Part shown: piece by piece, positions 18,140 to 34,671 of the stretch
How positions within the stretch are numbered: position 1 is the first letter of the stretch
Layout of the letters: every line of letters begins with the position of its first letter
NCBI GenBank assembly: GCA_965217185.1
Contig: OZ244252.1
Coordinates: forward strand, 4,000,001-4,064,000
Direction of reading: 5' to 3'
Origin: an uncultured Candidatus Entotheonella sp.
GTDB lineage: Bacteria > Tectomicrobia > Entotheonellia > Entotheonellales > Entotheonellaceae
Length of the DNA: 64,000 bases
Made by a program: the position numbers and the translations under genes
The notes under the pieces: generated by a model
Told to the model about the DNA's origin: nothing
Databases searched by the model: none
The model's input: the letters and a program-made list of their open reading frames with translations, nothing else

Positions 18140-21100
18140 TCATTGTACCGCCAGGCGTAGCATGACCTCGTACTCCGGCGTCGCGCTGCCCAACGTGCTA
18201 TCACGCCGCCTTCCCTCGATACCGAGCCGCAGCCGCTCCCGGCGCGGCAGCCTCAGCCGATAGCCCACACGCACCTCGCGAGCAACGTCTGAAAGTCCCA
18301 CGCCCAGATACGGCGTTCCCGTGGCCTGACCGTTGAACACCGCCAGCCCGTAGGCCGCCTCGGCGTCGACACGGCCGCCGGCTGCAGCCGTGTCGTTCGG
18401 CGCCAACCCTGCCAGGGTGTCGCGCCCCAGAAGCGCCGCTACACCGCCCGAGGCCGATGAACCCCACGACGGCGTCAGCGACACCGACGGACCCCGCTCC
18501 GAAGCCGGCGTCGGGTCGAAGCGCAGCGATCCCGACACGCCCCAGTCCCGGAAGCCCGAAGCCTCGTGCGCCACCAGGCCGCGCACCATCACCTGCGCCA
18601 TCAGACCTCGCGCCGCATCGGCAAAGATGAGCCCGCCGCCAAGCTCCACGCCAAAGCCCGTCTCCGCGTCGCCGCCGTCATGGCGCAGACCCAATTCAAC
18701 CATCGGCGTCAATGATCCGCCGCCCGTAAGGGCAAGCTCCACCGAGCCCTCCAGACCCAGGCGCAGGCGGCTCACGTCCGCTACCGCCGCAGCCAGCAGA
18801 CCCGACGCACCCGCCGCCGCTTCCGAGGTCGTGTGCACCAATAGCGCGTCCGACTCGAACGCCAGCGACAGGCCGCCTTCCCGTTGCCTGGGTACGAGAT
18901 CGCCCCGCACACCGATGGCAGCCATCGTCAGGTCCATGTCGGTGCGGTACGACGCCCCGTCCTGCAGCGTCAGTTTCAGATCGCCCTGGCCGTAGCCCGC
19001 CACGCCCCAAAGCGACAGACGCTCCGTGAGGTCGTAGCCGGCATAGGGGTAGAGGCCGGTCAGTGAGGACGTGATACGGCCTTCGCCGCCGCTTGGTGCA
19101 TGACGCCAAGTGCCGTCGCCCTTGCTGTGCGACAGCGACAGTCCCACCACCCAGCGCCCCATGGCGTAATCGGCGCCGAGCATCCCGGTCGTCACCCTGC
19201 CGTCGAGCGACAGGCCGTCCACATTCCCGTCGAAGCCCGAATGGGCTCCGCGGCCCCAGACGGCGCCAAATCCGCCGTCCGCCTCGCCGCTCAGGGTGAA
19301 CGCGCTTCGTGTCACCAGATCACGCGCCGTCAGCAGTTGCGGCTGGAAGCGAACTTGAATTGCTTCCTCGCCGTCGACCCATTCCGACAGGCCCCGGAAG
19401 CCATCCTGCGTTGCCGCTGCCTCGCCTGTGTCGCCGACAGCATGGCCCACGACGGTGGCCTGCATCCCCGACAGGCCGGGCCCCGACAGGCGGGCCTGTA
19501 CGCCGTCGAGCACGTGCTGCGCCGCGGTGCGACCGAAGCGCGCCAGCCAGGCCCGCTGCAACGGGTCGTCGTTCTCGATCGTTCCGGTCGCCGAGTCGTC
19601 CGCGACGTGCGCCCCCGAGGCGTTGCTCAGGGTCAGCGTCAGAGTTTCCTCCCCCTCGTCGTGGGCGTCGTCCAGCAACGCTACCGAAACGGTCTTCTGC
19701 GTCTCGCCGGCGGTGAAGGTGAGCGCGCCGCTCGCGGCCGTGTAGTCCTGGCCCGCAGTGGCGGTACCGTCGGCGGTGGCGTAATCCACCGTCACCGTCT
19801 CGGCGGCAGCTCGGCTCAGGGTTACCACGAAGTCGAGGGTGGCGCCCGTCTCCTCGGTTGCCCGCGCGTCGGCAACCAACAGCGTGGATAGGTCCACATA
19901 GCCACGCACCTTGTGGGCCGACTGCACGCCTGCGGCGGCGTATTCAAGGGCCGCCGACTCGCCGCTCTCGACGCCTCGAACCCTGCCGCCGTTGAGGTGG
20001 ATGATTCCCACGCCGATCTCGATGCCGTCGTCGTCCCCGTCGATGTCCTCGATCGTGTAGCCGAAGACGAGGTCCTGGGTACCGTGCCCCCGCGCGAAGC
20101 CTGCTCTCACCGCACGCGCGGCGCCGCGGCTCCCCAGGTCGAATTCGAGATACGGGCTCCCCGTCACCTCTACCGGTTGGGTGAAGACCACCCGGATGTC
20201 GATGTGTTCGCCGGGTCCGTACGTGTCCCCGCCCGACTCTGGCCGGGACACCACCCCGGGCGCTCCGAAAATGCGCAGTGGGCCGTCCGCTTCGTCGTCG
20301 ATTTCGACGATCACGACGTCGGGCAGCTCGACGTAGTCCAGGCCCGTGTAGCCGCTGTACAGGTAATGGTGGAAGAGGCGCACCCCGCTATACGGGTCGT
20401 CGTCTTGCAGCGCCTCCACCGTTACCGGGAAGGCCTCCTGCCAGAGGTGCTCGTCTTGGGAGGTCGCCGCCTCTTCCGGGGTGAACGCCCAGACCTGCAC
20501 CCCGAGCGAGATCAGATCGGGGTCGCCAGGGCCCGTTGCCTGCGCGAGGGTCAGCCGCTGTTCCGGCCGCCTTTCGAGCTTGAGCTGGTAGGTCACTTGT
20601 TCCCCTTCGCGGACCTCAAGCCGCAAATCGGTGAGCGGGTTACCGTCGCCGTCGAGGAACGTGACGCCCACGTTGTCGTTGTCGATAATGACGATGTTGG
20701 CACGACATGGGCCGTCGCACGGCGTACGGTCGGGATTGCGCACCTGAATCAGGTCACCGAGTGACGGATCCTGCGCCAGCGTCACCCTGAAAATCTCTTC
20801 CAGCTCGTCCGCCGTGTCGTCGATCAGCTGCAACTCTACCCGCTTGCGCGCGACCCATCGGCCGCCGGCGGCCGAGAATTCCTCCGGCGCAAAGGTCAGG
20901 GATCGGGAAACGGCCACGTAATCATCATCCGGCGTTGCGTTTGCCCCTTCCGTGGATAAGGTCACGTTGTGACGCCGATTCGGCGCCGGAAATCCCCGCT
21001 CGGTCTCCATGATGACCTCGATGCTCGCCTCCGGGCCGGTCGCACTCTCCCGGAAGTTGTAGGCGGATTGCACCAGCCGAACGATGATCGAGGGATCGGA

Positions 21101-23263
21101 CACCAGCAGGCGGGCGCTTGCCGCCGCCGGTGTTCCGACGTGGTAGCCGGCGCCCTTGATGACCGTGGCCGTAAGCACCCCGCTTGCAGTCATCTGCTGG
21201 CTGTAGCGGGAGGCGGGGATGCGCAACTCGGCGGCTATCGCGTTGGCAGGGAATTCGACGTGCCGCGTGAGGTCGGCGGCGTCCAGGAACGGCTGCTCCT
21301 GCGCCAGCCTGACGTTGGCCGTAAGCGCCTCATCCGACGCCTCGGCCAGCGTCAGATTGAAGATCACGTCGTCCAGTGCTGCGATATATGCTTCCCTGCC
21401 CGCCCTGATCGTCACCGTCTGTCCCGTTACCGCCCCGTCGTTGTCGGCGATGTTCACCGTGGCGGAAGCCTGGCTGCCGACGCCTACCCCCGACGGCAGG
21501 GTCCCGAAAGAGAGCTCCACGCTCTCGCCGTCGTCGTCTTCACCGTCGTCGATTGCGGTCACCGTGAAGCTTTTGGCGGTCTCGCCCGGCGCAAAGGTAA
21601 GGCTGGTCGCCGACAGGGTGAAGTCGTCGCTGGTGGCGCCGTTGCCGGGGGCGGTAATGATGGGGACGGTGACCGCGCGGTCGGGGCCGGGGTCCAGTTC
21701 CACGGTCACCGTCGCGGTCGTTCCATCCTCGGAGACGTTGAAGGCGCCCGCATCAAACGACGCGGCTATTGAGCGGCTGACCTTGTGGCCGGCGTCGTCG
21801 GACAGGCCGGTATAGTGCCGGGATGCCACGAAGACCCCACGATAGGGGCCGGCCACGGGGAGCGGCCCGCCGAAGCCGGAGTCCGGGCCGCCCGTATCGA
21901 CGCTGATGCCGTTTGCATCGGAATCGTCAACCTGCACCCGGTAGCGGTACACCAGCCGATTGCTGCCGGAGCCGGATGCGTAACGTGCCGCGCGGTAGTT
22001 GGAACCGTCCGCGGCGTCGCCGACTCGGATGCCGATGACCGAGCCGGCCGTCTGTATGTGTGCCTCCGTGGTGAACGTCAGGGTGACGTCGATCTTCTCG
22101 CCGACACGGTAGCCATCGCCGTGGGCGGGCGTGGAAGTGATCTCCACGTCGGTAACGTGGAACGAGCCGTCCACCTTGTGGCTGCGATCATCGGCCAGGC
22201 CGGGGTAATAGCGGTCTACGGGCAATAAGCCGAGGCTGGCGACGAGGGTGGGCACAAAACCGCTGAATCCGCTGTCCGGCCCGCCCGCATCGACGCTGAT
22301 GCCGTTCGCGTCGGCATCGATAATGTCCACCTGATAGCGGTACACCAGCCGGTCGGTGCCGGAGCCCGACAGGTATGTCGCCGTGCGGTCGTTCTGGCCG
22401 CTGGCGGCGTCAACACGAATACCGATGGCGGAGCCCTCGTCCGGCACGTAAACCGCGGCGTTGAAGGTCAGGGCGATATCGATGTTTTCGCCGTACAGAT
22501 AAGTGTGCCCGTTGGCTGGCGTCGATATGATCTCCGTCTTGTAGGCGCGATGGGGGCTCGGTCGCCCCTTGACCTGTATCCTGAGAATCCCGCTCACAGC
22601 ATGCTTCCACGTGCTGGCACCGGGTGGCCGAAAGCCCAGCCGATCGAGAATAGTCCACCCCGCTTCGGCGCCCGAGTCTTCTGCAGAGCTGTATGTGATG
22701 CCGAATTCGACGAGGTTGTCGCCTTCGCAGCCGCCGGTGCAGTCAAGGACGATATGGTAATTCGTATTCGGCTCCAGATAGGTGTTGGGAGGCGCCTTCC
22801 ACTCGTTGTGCGCGCGGTTGTTCGAGCCCGACCGGTCGAGGGCGGTAACCCTGGTCAAGCGCCCGTTGCCCTGGTATAGGCTGGCCCTTATCGTCAGGTC
22901 CCGGCTATCGTGGCTGTTTCCCACGTATAGCGAAATGCCGTCCAGTTCATATCCAAACGGATTCGGGCCCGTCGTGAACCCCTGATACAGCCCGGTCTGA
23001 TTCGCGCTCAGATTCGTGATCCGGTCCGGCACGGGTTGGCCGGTATTCTTCACGAGCGTGGTAACGGGCGGATCGTACGTCTGCGCGGGGACGGTCGCGA
23101 CGTTAAGGAGCACGCCGGCCACCGCCACAAGAATCGCCGCGATTCGCCGTGCGCCGAGCGGCGGCTTGGCTGCCACACGGCCTGTTGACCACCGTTGCAA
23201 GGGTTCCGTCTCAGCCTCTCCCGCCACCCGCCTCTCAACGTCGTGAACCAGCACAACTCTCAT
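18140..23263 (-). CDS. Autotransporter-type surface protein with Calx-beta and repeated beta-rich passenger domains
   Basis: Signal-like IAAILVAVAGVLLNVATVPAQT; Calx-beta VTVDYATADGTATAGQDY; AWLARFGRT linker and C-terminal beta-barrel (GMLGADY, ELGLRHDGGDAETGFG). Confidence 0.85.
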   Translation of the reverse strand: MRVVLVHDVERRVAGEAETEPLQRWSTGRVAAKPPLGARRIAAILVAVAGVLLNVATVPAQTYDPPVTTLVKNTGQPVPDRITNLSANQTGLYQGFTTGPNPFGYELDGISLYVGNSHDSRDLTIRASLYQGNGRLTRVTALDRSGSNNRAHNEWKAPPNTYLEPNTNYHIVLDCTGGCEGDNLVEFGITYSSAEDSGAEAGWTILDRLGFRPPGASTWKHAVSGILRIQVKGRPSPHRAYKTEIISTPANGHTYLYGENIDIALTFNAAVYVPDEGSAIGIRVDAASGQNDRTATYLSGSGTDRLVYRYQVDIIDADANGISVDAGGPDSGFSGFVPTLVASLGLLPVDRYYPGLADDRSHKVDGSFHVTDVEITSTPAHGDGYRVGEKIDVTLTFTTEAHIQTAGSVIGIRVGDAADGSNYRAARYASGSGSNRLVYRYRVQVDDSDANGISVDTGGPDSGFGGPLPVAGPYRGVFVASRHYTGLSDDAGHKVSRSIAASFDAGAFNVSEDGTTATVTVELDPGPDRAVTVPIITAPGNGATSDDFTLSATSLTFAPGETAKSFTVTAIDDGEDDDGESVELSFGTLPSGVGVGSQASATVNIADNDGAVTGQTVTIRAGREAYIAALDDVIFNLTLAEASDEALTANVRLAQEQPFLDAADLTRHVEFPANAIAAELRIPASRYSQQMTASGVLTATVIKGAGYHVGTPAAASARLLVSDPSIIVRLVQSAYNFRESATGPEASIEVIMETERGFPAPNRRHNVTLSTEGANATPDDDYVAVSRSLTFAPEEFSAAGGRWVARKRVELQLIDDTADELEEIFRVTLAQDPSLGDLIQVRNPDRTPCDGPCRANIVIIDNDNVGVTFLDGDGNPLTDLRLEVREGEQVTYQLKLERRPEQRLTLAQATGPGDPDLISLGVQVWAFTPEEAATSQDEHLWQEAFPVTVEALQDDDPYSGVRLFHHYLYSGYTGLDYVELPDVVIVEIDDEADGPLRIFGAPGVVSRPESGGDTYGPGEHIDIRVVFTQPVEVTGSPYLEFDLGSRGAARAVRAGFARGHGTQDLVFGYTIEDIDGDDDGIEIGVGIIHLNGGRVRGVESGESAALEYAAAGVQSAHKVRGYVDLSTLLVADARATEETGATLDFVVTLSRAAAETVTVDYATADGTATAGQDYTAASGALTFTAGETQKTVSVALLDDAHDEGEETLTLTLSNASGAHVADDSATGTIENDDPLQRAWLARFGRTAAQHVLDGVQARLSGPGLSGMQATVVGHAVGDTGEAAATQDGFRGLSEWVDGEEAIQVRFQPQLLTARDLVTRSAFTLSGEADGGFGAVWGRGAHSGFDGNVDGLSLDGRVTTGMLGADYAMGRWVVGLSLSHSKGDGTWRHAPSGGEGRITSSLTGLYPYAGYDLTERLSLWGVAGYGQGDLKLTLQDGASYRTDMDLTMAAIGVRGDLVPRQREGGLSLAFESDALLVHTTSEAAAGASGLLAAAVADVSRLRLGLEGSVELALTGGGSLTPMVELGLRHDGGDAETGFGVELGGGLIFADAARGLMAQVMVRGLVAHEASGFRDWGVSGSLRFDPTPASERGPSVSLTPSWGSSASGGVAALLGRDTLAGLAPNDTAAAGGRVDAEAAYGLAVFNGQATGTPYLGVGLSDVAREVRVGYRLRLPRRERLRLGIEGRRRDSTLGSATPEYEVMLRLAVQ

Positions 23264-23323
23264 TGACCAGCCTCCTTCTGTGTTCGGCTAGAACGGACAT
23301 GCTCTAGTCAATCCCATGCAGAG

Positions 23324-23592
23324 GCATGAATCGTGCCAAGTTCCCGGCTGGTGAATTAAGTCCTTTATGCAAAGGACGTTAGGAGGATCGGCAGAGAAGA
23401 GTGGGGGATTACGAAATGATGCCGAATGCAACAGGGCGGAAGACGCTGGAGGAGGGAAGGGGAGTAGCTAACTATCTGAAATCGGGTTGCTTACGATGGA
23501 TTTGACGAGGCAGGTTGGGTGGATGTGCTGATTGGCACCTCTGCTGCATATTGCAACAGTCGGATCAAGGCCGAGAGGTCGTTGCCCGGTGG
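23324..23592 (-). promoter_or_regulatory. sigma54 promoter/enhancer cassette, copy 3
   Basis: TTGGCACGATTCATGC at 23324-23339; taactatctgaaatc; tgctgcatattgcaaca at 23542-23558. Confidence 0.85.
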
Positions 23593-23597
23593 CTTTT

Positions 23598-25499
23598 TCA
23601 CTTTTCCGCCAAGCCGTACTTTTTCAACTTCCGGTACAGGGTCGTGCGATTGACGTTCAGCACTTGAGCGGCCTTGGTGATATTCCCATCCGAGGCTTCG
23701 AGGGCGTGGACAAGTGCCTGCTGCTCGGCTTCCTGCATCGAAAGGACTGGCCGGGCAGGGTCTTCGGGATCCGTTAGAGGTGGAATCAGGGCGGCAAGTT
23801 GGGGCGGGAGGTTGCCGACTTGCAGCCGGTCCGTGGTCTCCAGCAGCAGGGCTCGTTCAATGGCGTTTCGGAGCTCACGCACGTTGCCGGGCCAGTCATA
23901 TACGAGCAACTTTTGCAGCGCCGCGGGGGAAATGCCGTGTGCGCATTCCTCGGTGCTACCGGCGTGGTTTTTCAGAAAATGGGCAACCAGCAGAGGGATA
24001 TCCTCACGGTGTTCTCTGAGGGGTGGGAGGACGAGGGGATAGGCAGCCAGGCGATAGAAGAGATCGGCGCGGAACTCGCCGGCTTTGACCGCGCGCTCCA
24101 AGTCCCGATTGGTTGCCGCAATCACGCGGATGTCGATGGGAATCGTGGCCGTTCCGCCGACTCGCTGGATTTCCCGCTCCTGCAGAACACGCAGCAACTT
24201 GGCTTGTAGAGCCATGGGCATGTCGCCGATTTCGTCGAGCAGAACGGTTCCGCCCTGGGCGCGCTCGAACTGCCCGATGCGTCGTATCGTTGCCCCGGTA
24301 AAAGCCCCGCGCTCATGGCCGAAAAGCTCGCTTTCGATCAGCGTTTCGGGAATGGCAGCGCAGTTGACAGCGACAAAAGGGCCTTTCTTCCTCGGGCTGT
24401 TGAAGTGAATCAGCTTGGAGGCGAGCTCTTTGCCGGTGCCGCTTTCGCCTTGAATCAGCACCGTGATGTCGCTTTCAGACGCCCGCTGCATCAGCGCATA
24501 GACGTCCTGCATATTCTTGCTTTTTCCCACGATGCCATCGAGGGCGTAGGTGGTTTCGAGTTCGGTGCGCAAGCGCAGGACCTCGGCTTTCATCCGCTCG
24601 CTCTCGACCTCCTTGGACACGTCACGGTATACGGTGATGTGGCCCATGAGGTTTTGTCGATTGTCGCGCACGGGTGCTCTCGAGCGATAAAACAGCCGGG
24701 AGGGTGAGGCGTCGTTTTCGGTGACTTCTTCCTCCAGTTCGCCCACGCTGTCAAAAAACAGCCGGCGCCCCAATTCAGGCAGGACGGGCGGCCGGAGACG
24801 CCTCTTGATGCGTGCCATGAGGTCAGTTGGCGGCATTTCCTTCAGCTCGCTTTCCGGGGCGCCGATCAGCTTCTCATATTCCCGATTTGCAACCTGGAGG
24901 CGGCCGCCGGCATCAAACATGCCGATGGCATCTCCTGTCGCGTCGAGCACGGCTTCGAGTCTTTGAAAACTGCTCTCGAGTTGCTGCCGGTTCTTTGCCA
25001 ACTCCTGCTCGATGTTCCACTTGCCGACGAGGGCAAGCGTGATCTGCTGAATTTCCTCGCGCGAAAAAGGCTTTCTGATGTAGAGCAATTTGTGAAGCAA
25101 CTGCATGTCGTTGATGATCTCGGGCAGCGTCTTGTCGGAGTAGGCGGTCATGATGACGATTTCGAGGTTGTGCTCGAATTCCCGAATCCGACGCACGGTT
25201 TCGATGCCGTCGGTACCCGGAGGCATTCTCACGTCAACGTAGGCCATTGCAAAGGGAGCGTCTCTGTCCTTTCCTGCCTTGATCATTTCGCAGGCTTCTT
25301 CCCCACTTGTCGCGTGGAAGAGTTCAAACTGCGGCAGAAAGGCTGTATCGGTCTCCGAGACAAACGCGCCCGCCAGATCATCCGTTGCCCGCTTGGCGGA
25401 ACTGGGAACAAGCATCTCTTCAAAGTCGTTGTGAATTTCCTCTTGGTCATCAGCGATCAGCACGCGGTAGTTCCAGGGTTGGATGACGTTCACTTTCAT
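23598..25499 (-). CDS. sigma54-dependent response regulator (REC-PAS-AAA+-Fis HTH, NtrC family)
   Basis: VLIADD/DVRMP receiver; [48 protein letters not shown]. Confidence 0.95.
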   Translation of the reverse strand: MKVNVIQPWNYRVLIADDQEEIHNDFEEMLVPSSAKRATDDLAGAFVSETDTAFLPQFELFHATSGEEACEMIKAGKDRDAPFAMAYVDVRMPPGTDGIETVRRIREFEHNLEIVIMTAYSDKTLPEIINDMQLLHKLLYIRKPFSREEIQQITLALVGKWNIEQELAKNRQQLESSFQRLEAVLDATGDAIGMFDAGGRLQVANREYEKLIGAPESELKEMPPTDLMARIKRRLRPPVLPELGRRLFFDSVGELEEEVTENDASPSRLFYRSRAPVRDNRQNLMGHITVYRDVSKEVESERMKAEVLRLRTELETTYALDGIVGKSKNMQDVYALMQRASESDITVLIQGESGTGKELASKLIHFNSPRKKGPFVAVNCAAIPETLIESELFGHERGAFTGATIRRIGQFERAQGGTVLLDEIGDMPMALQAKLLRVLQEREIQRVGGTATIPIDIRVIAATNRDLERAVKAGEFRADLFYRLAAYPLVLPPLREHREDIPLLVAHFLKNHAGSTEECAHGISPAALQKLLVYDWPGNVRELRNAIERALLLETTDRLQVGNLPPQLAALIPPLTDPEDPARPVLSMQEAEQQALVHALEASDGNITKAAQVLNVNRTTLYRKLKKYGLAEK

Positions 25500-25635
25500 A
25501 AAGCCGCCCTTTCATTCACTTGCGCGCACTTGCGCGCGAGGGACGAGTGCGACGTGGTGATTCGGAGGGTTCACAGAACCGGAACGCCTGGACGGCGCCG
25601 CGCGGAGATTTCCGGCACGGCGTCCCGCCCTGAGA

Positions 25636-26970
25636 TCAACAGGAAGGGAGCCGCAGCATGACGCGCATGGTGGTGCCGGTGCCGGTGCCGCCGCTCAGGG
25701 GATGAATTTTCCCGCCGGAGCCGGTGACGAAATTGGCCGCCGAATGGAGACCGAGCCCGCTCCCCTCCGGCTTCGTGGTATAGCCCGGCCTGAAGATCGC
25801 CTTGAAGTTTTTCCGGGCAATGCCGATGCCGTTGTCCAGCACGTCAATGACGAGAAAATCCCGCCGCACGTAGGCTCGGATCTCGATGCGTGGCAGGCCC
25901 TTGAATTCGCCCGATTGCTTCAGCTCATCAATGGCCTCCATCGAGTTCTTGAGGAGGTTGACCAGCATCTGGTTGAACTGGGCCTCCTGAACGCGGATCT
26001 CTCCGGGGGCGTTGCCGCAGTTCACGTGCGTCCGGATGCTTCTGCTGGCAAACGAGTCTTGCAGGATTCTCAGGGTGCCAAGTAGGGCCTGACGCAGGTT
26101 GACGTCTTTGCAGGTCATGGCTTTGCTGTCAAAGCCCCGTTGCGTGCGGACGATATCCACGATGTGGCTCGTCTGGCTCCTGACGCGTTCAACCGTGCGG
26201 ATCAGTTGTTGATTCTGCTTGACGAAGTCCTCGGCGAGAGCCAACAGAAACGGCCGCACCTGCTGGCCTTGCGGGTCATGTTGGATGTAGCGGCACCAAT
26301 CTGCCGGATGCGCCTTGACAGCCTCTGACAAAGCCGTCAAGCGTTTGATCAATTGATTGTCCACCAACTGTTCTTTCAGGGTTCCAACGCCGATGGCCAC
26401 GCTGTTCACGGCGTTGCCGATGTTGTGCAGGATGGTGTCCATAACTTCCAGGCGGCCCTGCGCGAACGCTTGCGCGAGGGCTTCTTCGGCTTGCACGCTC
26501 TCCGTCACGTCACGGAAAACGATGACCCCGCCTCGCGCGCCGGTGCCGGGCAGCGTGATGGGCCTGCCGTTGGCGCTGATGTAGACGCCCTCCGGCTTGC
26601 CCGACGTGCGGATGAACATTTCCATCTCATCGGTTGCCTTGCCGCGCAAGGCGCGTGCGAGCGGCAGTTCCTCGTAGGGGATGGGCGTGACCTTGTCGGT
26701 GTAGAAGATCCGGTATTCTTCCGTCCACTGATCGGGGAGCGTATCCAGACGCATCCCGACAATACGTTCCGCACTTGGATTGAAGGTGAGGTTGCCGTTT
26801 TCGTCGACGACGATGACGCCGTCGCTGATGCTGTCAAAAATGGCCTGCATGAGGCGGACCTCATGCTGCAATCCGTCAATGGTTTTTTTCAACGTGTCCT
26901 TGGTTCCCCTAGTCTTGGCAATATCCCTTTCAGAGTTGTTCCTTGATGCTGCTGATGTTGCTTTCCCCAT
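25636..26970 (-). CDS. Cytoplasmic PAS-domain sensor histidine kinase
   Basis: PAS (IFDSISDGVIVVD...FNPSAERI); H-box ILHNIGNAVN; NLLKNS, DNGIGI, TTK..GSGLGL; start chosen from RBS, ORF extends to 27177. Confidence 0.9.
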   Translation of the reverse strand: MGKATSAASRNNSERDIAKTRGTKDTLKKTIDGLQHEVRLMQAIFDSISDGVIVVDENGNLTFNPSAERIVGMRLDTLPDQWTEEYRIFYTDKVTPIPYEELPLARALRGKATDEMEMFIRTSGKPEGVYISANGRPITLPGTGARGGVIVFRDVTESVQAEEALAQAFAQGRLEVMDTILHNIGNAVNSVAIGVGTLKEQLVDNQLIKRLTALSEAVKAHPADWCRYIQHDPQGQQVRPFLLALAEDFVKQNQQLIRTVERVRSQTSHIVDIVRTQRGFDSKAMTCKDVNLRQALLGTLRILQDSFASRSIRTHVNCGNAPGEIRVQEAQFNQMLVNLLKNSMEAIDELKQSGEFKGLPRIEIRAYVRRDFLVIDVLDNGIGIARKNFKAIFRPGYTTKPEGSGLGLHSAANFVTGSGGKIHPLSGGTGTGTTMRVMLRLPSC

Positions 26971-27267
26971 TGCCTTCACCTCGGCAATCTGTTGAGCGAT
27001 GCGATCACGGGCAAGAAGTTCCCCGACCTCATCGGCCACCGGGCACGCCCTTTCCCAGGATCGTGCCTCCCAAATGACGCTTTTTGATGCTGCCATTCGT
27101 ATTTTAAAGCACTTATGGCTCTGAAGGCATCCGGCCATGCTCAGGATACTGAGCTGTCCCGCGCCCCAAAGCGTCATTCCGAAGTTTGATCCAGGGTTCA
27201 GGACAGGCTCCAGAATCCAGCGACCTCAATGTTAAGCCGCGTGGATGGGTTCGGGGTGATTACTGGG

Positions 27268-27500
27268 GCATAAATTGTGCCAAGTCCCTGGAGAACGGGT
27301 AAGTCTTTTAATCAAATGACGTTAGACAATTTACGGGCGAAAATGACAGGATCTGAGGGCGATGCAAAACGCAACGGCCTGCAAGCCGCCAGAGGAGAGG
27401 CAAGGGAGATCAACCCTCTGAAATCGTGGGATTTATGATGAAGTTGATGGGCAAAGCCGATGACTGTATCAATTTGCGACGCCGTTGCATTTTGCAACAT
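27268..27500 (-). promoter_or_regulatory. sigma54 promoter/enhancer cassette, copy 4 (upstream of the kinase/regulator pair)
   Basis: TTGGCACAATTTATGC at 27268-27283; gatgcaaaacgcaac 27361-27375; cgttgcattttgcaaca 27483-27499. Confidence 0.85.
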
Positions 27501-27646
27501 ATCATAGCGTGCTTCCCTGCCTTTGCATGCTGTCCGGCGCCATCTCACATGATGTTGCAGTCCGTCGACGAAGCCTAGTCTGAGAAGGCGGTGATGCTGG
27601 TGAATGCGCTGAGATCGATCTCAGCTTCACCGTCCGTTCCGAATCC

Positions 27647-33259
<5,613 letters not shown>

Positions 33260-33288
33260 GGGTGGCCTTGAGAGCCTTTCATATCAAT

Positions 33289-33327
33289 GTGGGTCGGATT
33301 AGCCGCAGGCGTAATCCGACATTCCAC
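33289..33327. repeat. GTAG/GTGG-type REP
   Basis: gtgggtcggattagccgcaggcgtaatccgacattccac; second copy at 39080-39116. Confidence 0.75.
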
Positions 33328-33335
33328 ACATAGGC

Positions 33336-33998
33336 TTAGCGATCAGGCGGAAGTTCAAGCCCGTGCCGGGCGCAGAAGTCGGCGAGCTCGCGCAGGGTGC
33401 GGACGTGGGCCTGGGCCTGCGGGTTGCCTTGCCGGCGTCGGCGGTGCGCCTCGGGGTCGGTGTCGAGGATGAGGACACCGTCCACCAGACTGACGTATTG
33501 AGCAAGCCGGAAGTTGACAGCCGCAGGGGCAGCATTAGAACCGGCTTGGCCGTCGGCGAGATCAGGCGGCTTGCCGGCGGCGAAACCGCTGGCAATTTCG
33601 TCGGCGCGGTCGTTGCCGGGGTCGCCGCTGTGACCGCGCACGTGCCGCCACCTGACCCGCCCGGGGTTTTCGGCGTCCAACTGCATCCACAGGTCGCGGT
33701 TCTTGACCGGGGTGCGGCTGGCGGTCACCCAGCCCTTGCGTTTCCAGCCGGGCAGCCATTTCGTCAGCCCGTTGATGACGTATTGGCTGTCCGAGTATAC
33801 GATCGCTGCTGCGTCCGATTCGATGGCCTGCAGAGCCGCCAGCGCGCCTTGCAGTTCCATGCGGTTGTTGGTGGTGGACGCCTCGCGGCCGCCCAGTTCG
33901 TGCACGGCGCCGTCGGGGTAGAGGATGCGTACGCCCCAGCCGCCGGGGCCGGGGTTGCCCAGGCAGGCGCCGTCGGTATACACGAGGATGCCAGGCAT
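33336..33998 (-). CDS. rnhA: Ribonuclease HI with C-terminal extension
   Basis: YTDGACLGNPGPGGWG, TTNNRMEL, DSQYV, VKNRDLW, HVRGHSG..GNDRADEIA. Confidence 0.93.
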   Translation of the reverse strand: MPGILVYTDGACLGNPGPGGWGVRILYPDGAVHELGGREASTTNNRMELQGALAALQAIESDAAAIVYSDSQYVINGLTKWLPGWKRKGWVTASRTPVKNRDLWMQLDAENPGRVRWRHVRGHSGDPGNDRADEIASGFAAGKPPDLADGQAGSNAAPAAVNFRLAQYVSLVDGVLILDTDPEAHRRRRQGNPQAQAHVRTLRELADFCARHGLELPPDR

Positions 33999-34159
33999 CG
34001 TTTTGTCACCTTGGCTCTTGCGAGTCGGCTTGGTTTGTGGAGTTTGGAGCGGCTTGGCTGACGACGATTAAAGGCTTGAAAAACGGCAGAACCTGTATAT
34101 CTTGAGGCGTTTTCGAACCACCCGCATCGGACAGAAGTCCGTCAGAGGAGCTTACGCGA

Positions 34160-34671
34160 ATGGCGATTCGAACCGCAGACGTAATTATGCCAGGAAACGA
34201 AAATGCGTTCGACACGGGGGCGCGGGGCGCCTTGCCCAAACTGGCAGACCTCGAAGATAAATACCGCACCCTGCTGGAAGGGCCGGTCACCTGCACCTTG
34301 GCGACTATGATGCCCAATGGCCGGCCCCAACTGACCCCCATCTGGGTGGCCCACGACGGCACGCATATCCTGGTGAATACCAAGAAGGGGCGGGTCAAGG
34401 AGAGAACATGCGCGCCCGGCCGCAGGTCAGCATCATGGCGGTGAACCCGGAGAATCCGTACCACTGGATGACGATCAACGGCCGCGTCGTCGATATGATC
34501 GAGGAGACCGACCCGCAGCGGGGGCACGAGGCCACGACCAACGTGAATGCCCTGTCCAAGCGCTACATCGATCAAGACCCGTATCCGCTGCGCGATCCGC
34601 GCGGTGAAGTGCGGGTGCTGTTCAAGGTGCTGCCGGAATACATCATGACGTTTGGCCCGCCGCCGAGCTGA
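34160..34671 (+). pseudogene. PPOX-class F420-dependent oxidoreductase with a single-base frameshift near 34404
   Basis: LATMMPNGRPQLTPIW...NTKKGRVKER continues as NMRARPQVSIMAVNPENPY...LSKRY in the next frame. Confidence 0.8.

Noticed and set aside
18140..18170. Autotransporter ends in LAVQ without a terminal aromatic residue
   Set aside because: Could impair BAM insertion, but too weak to call a pseudogene without homologue alignment
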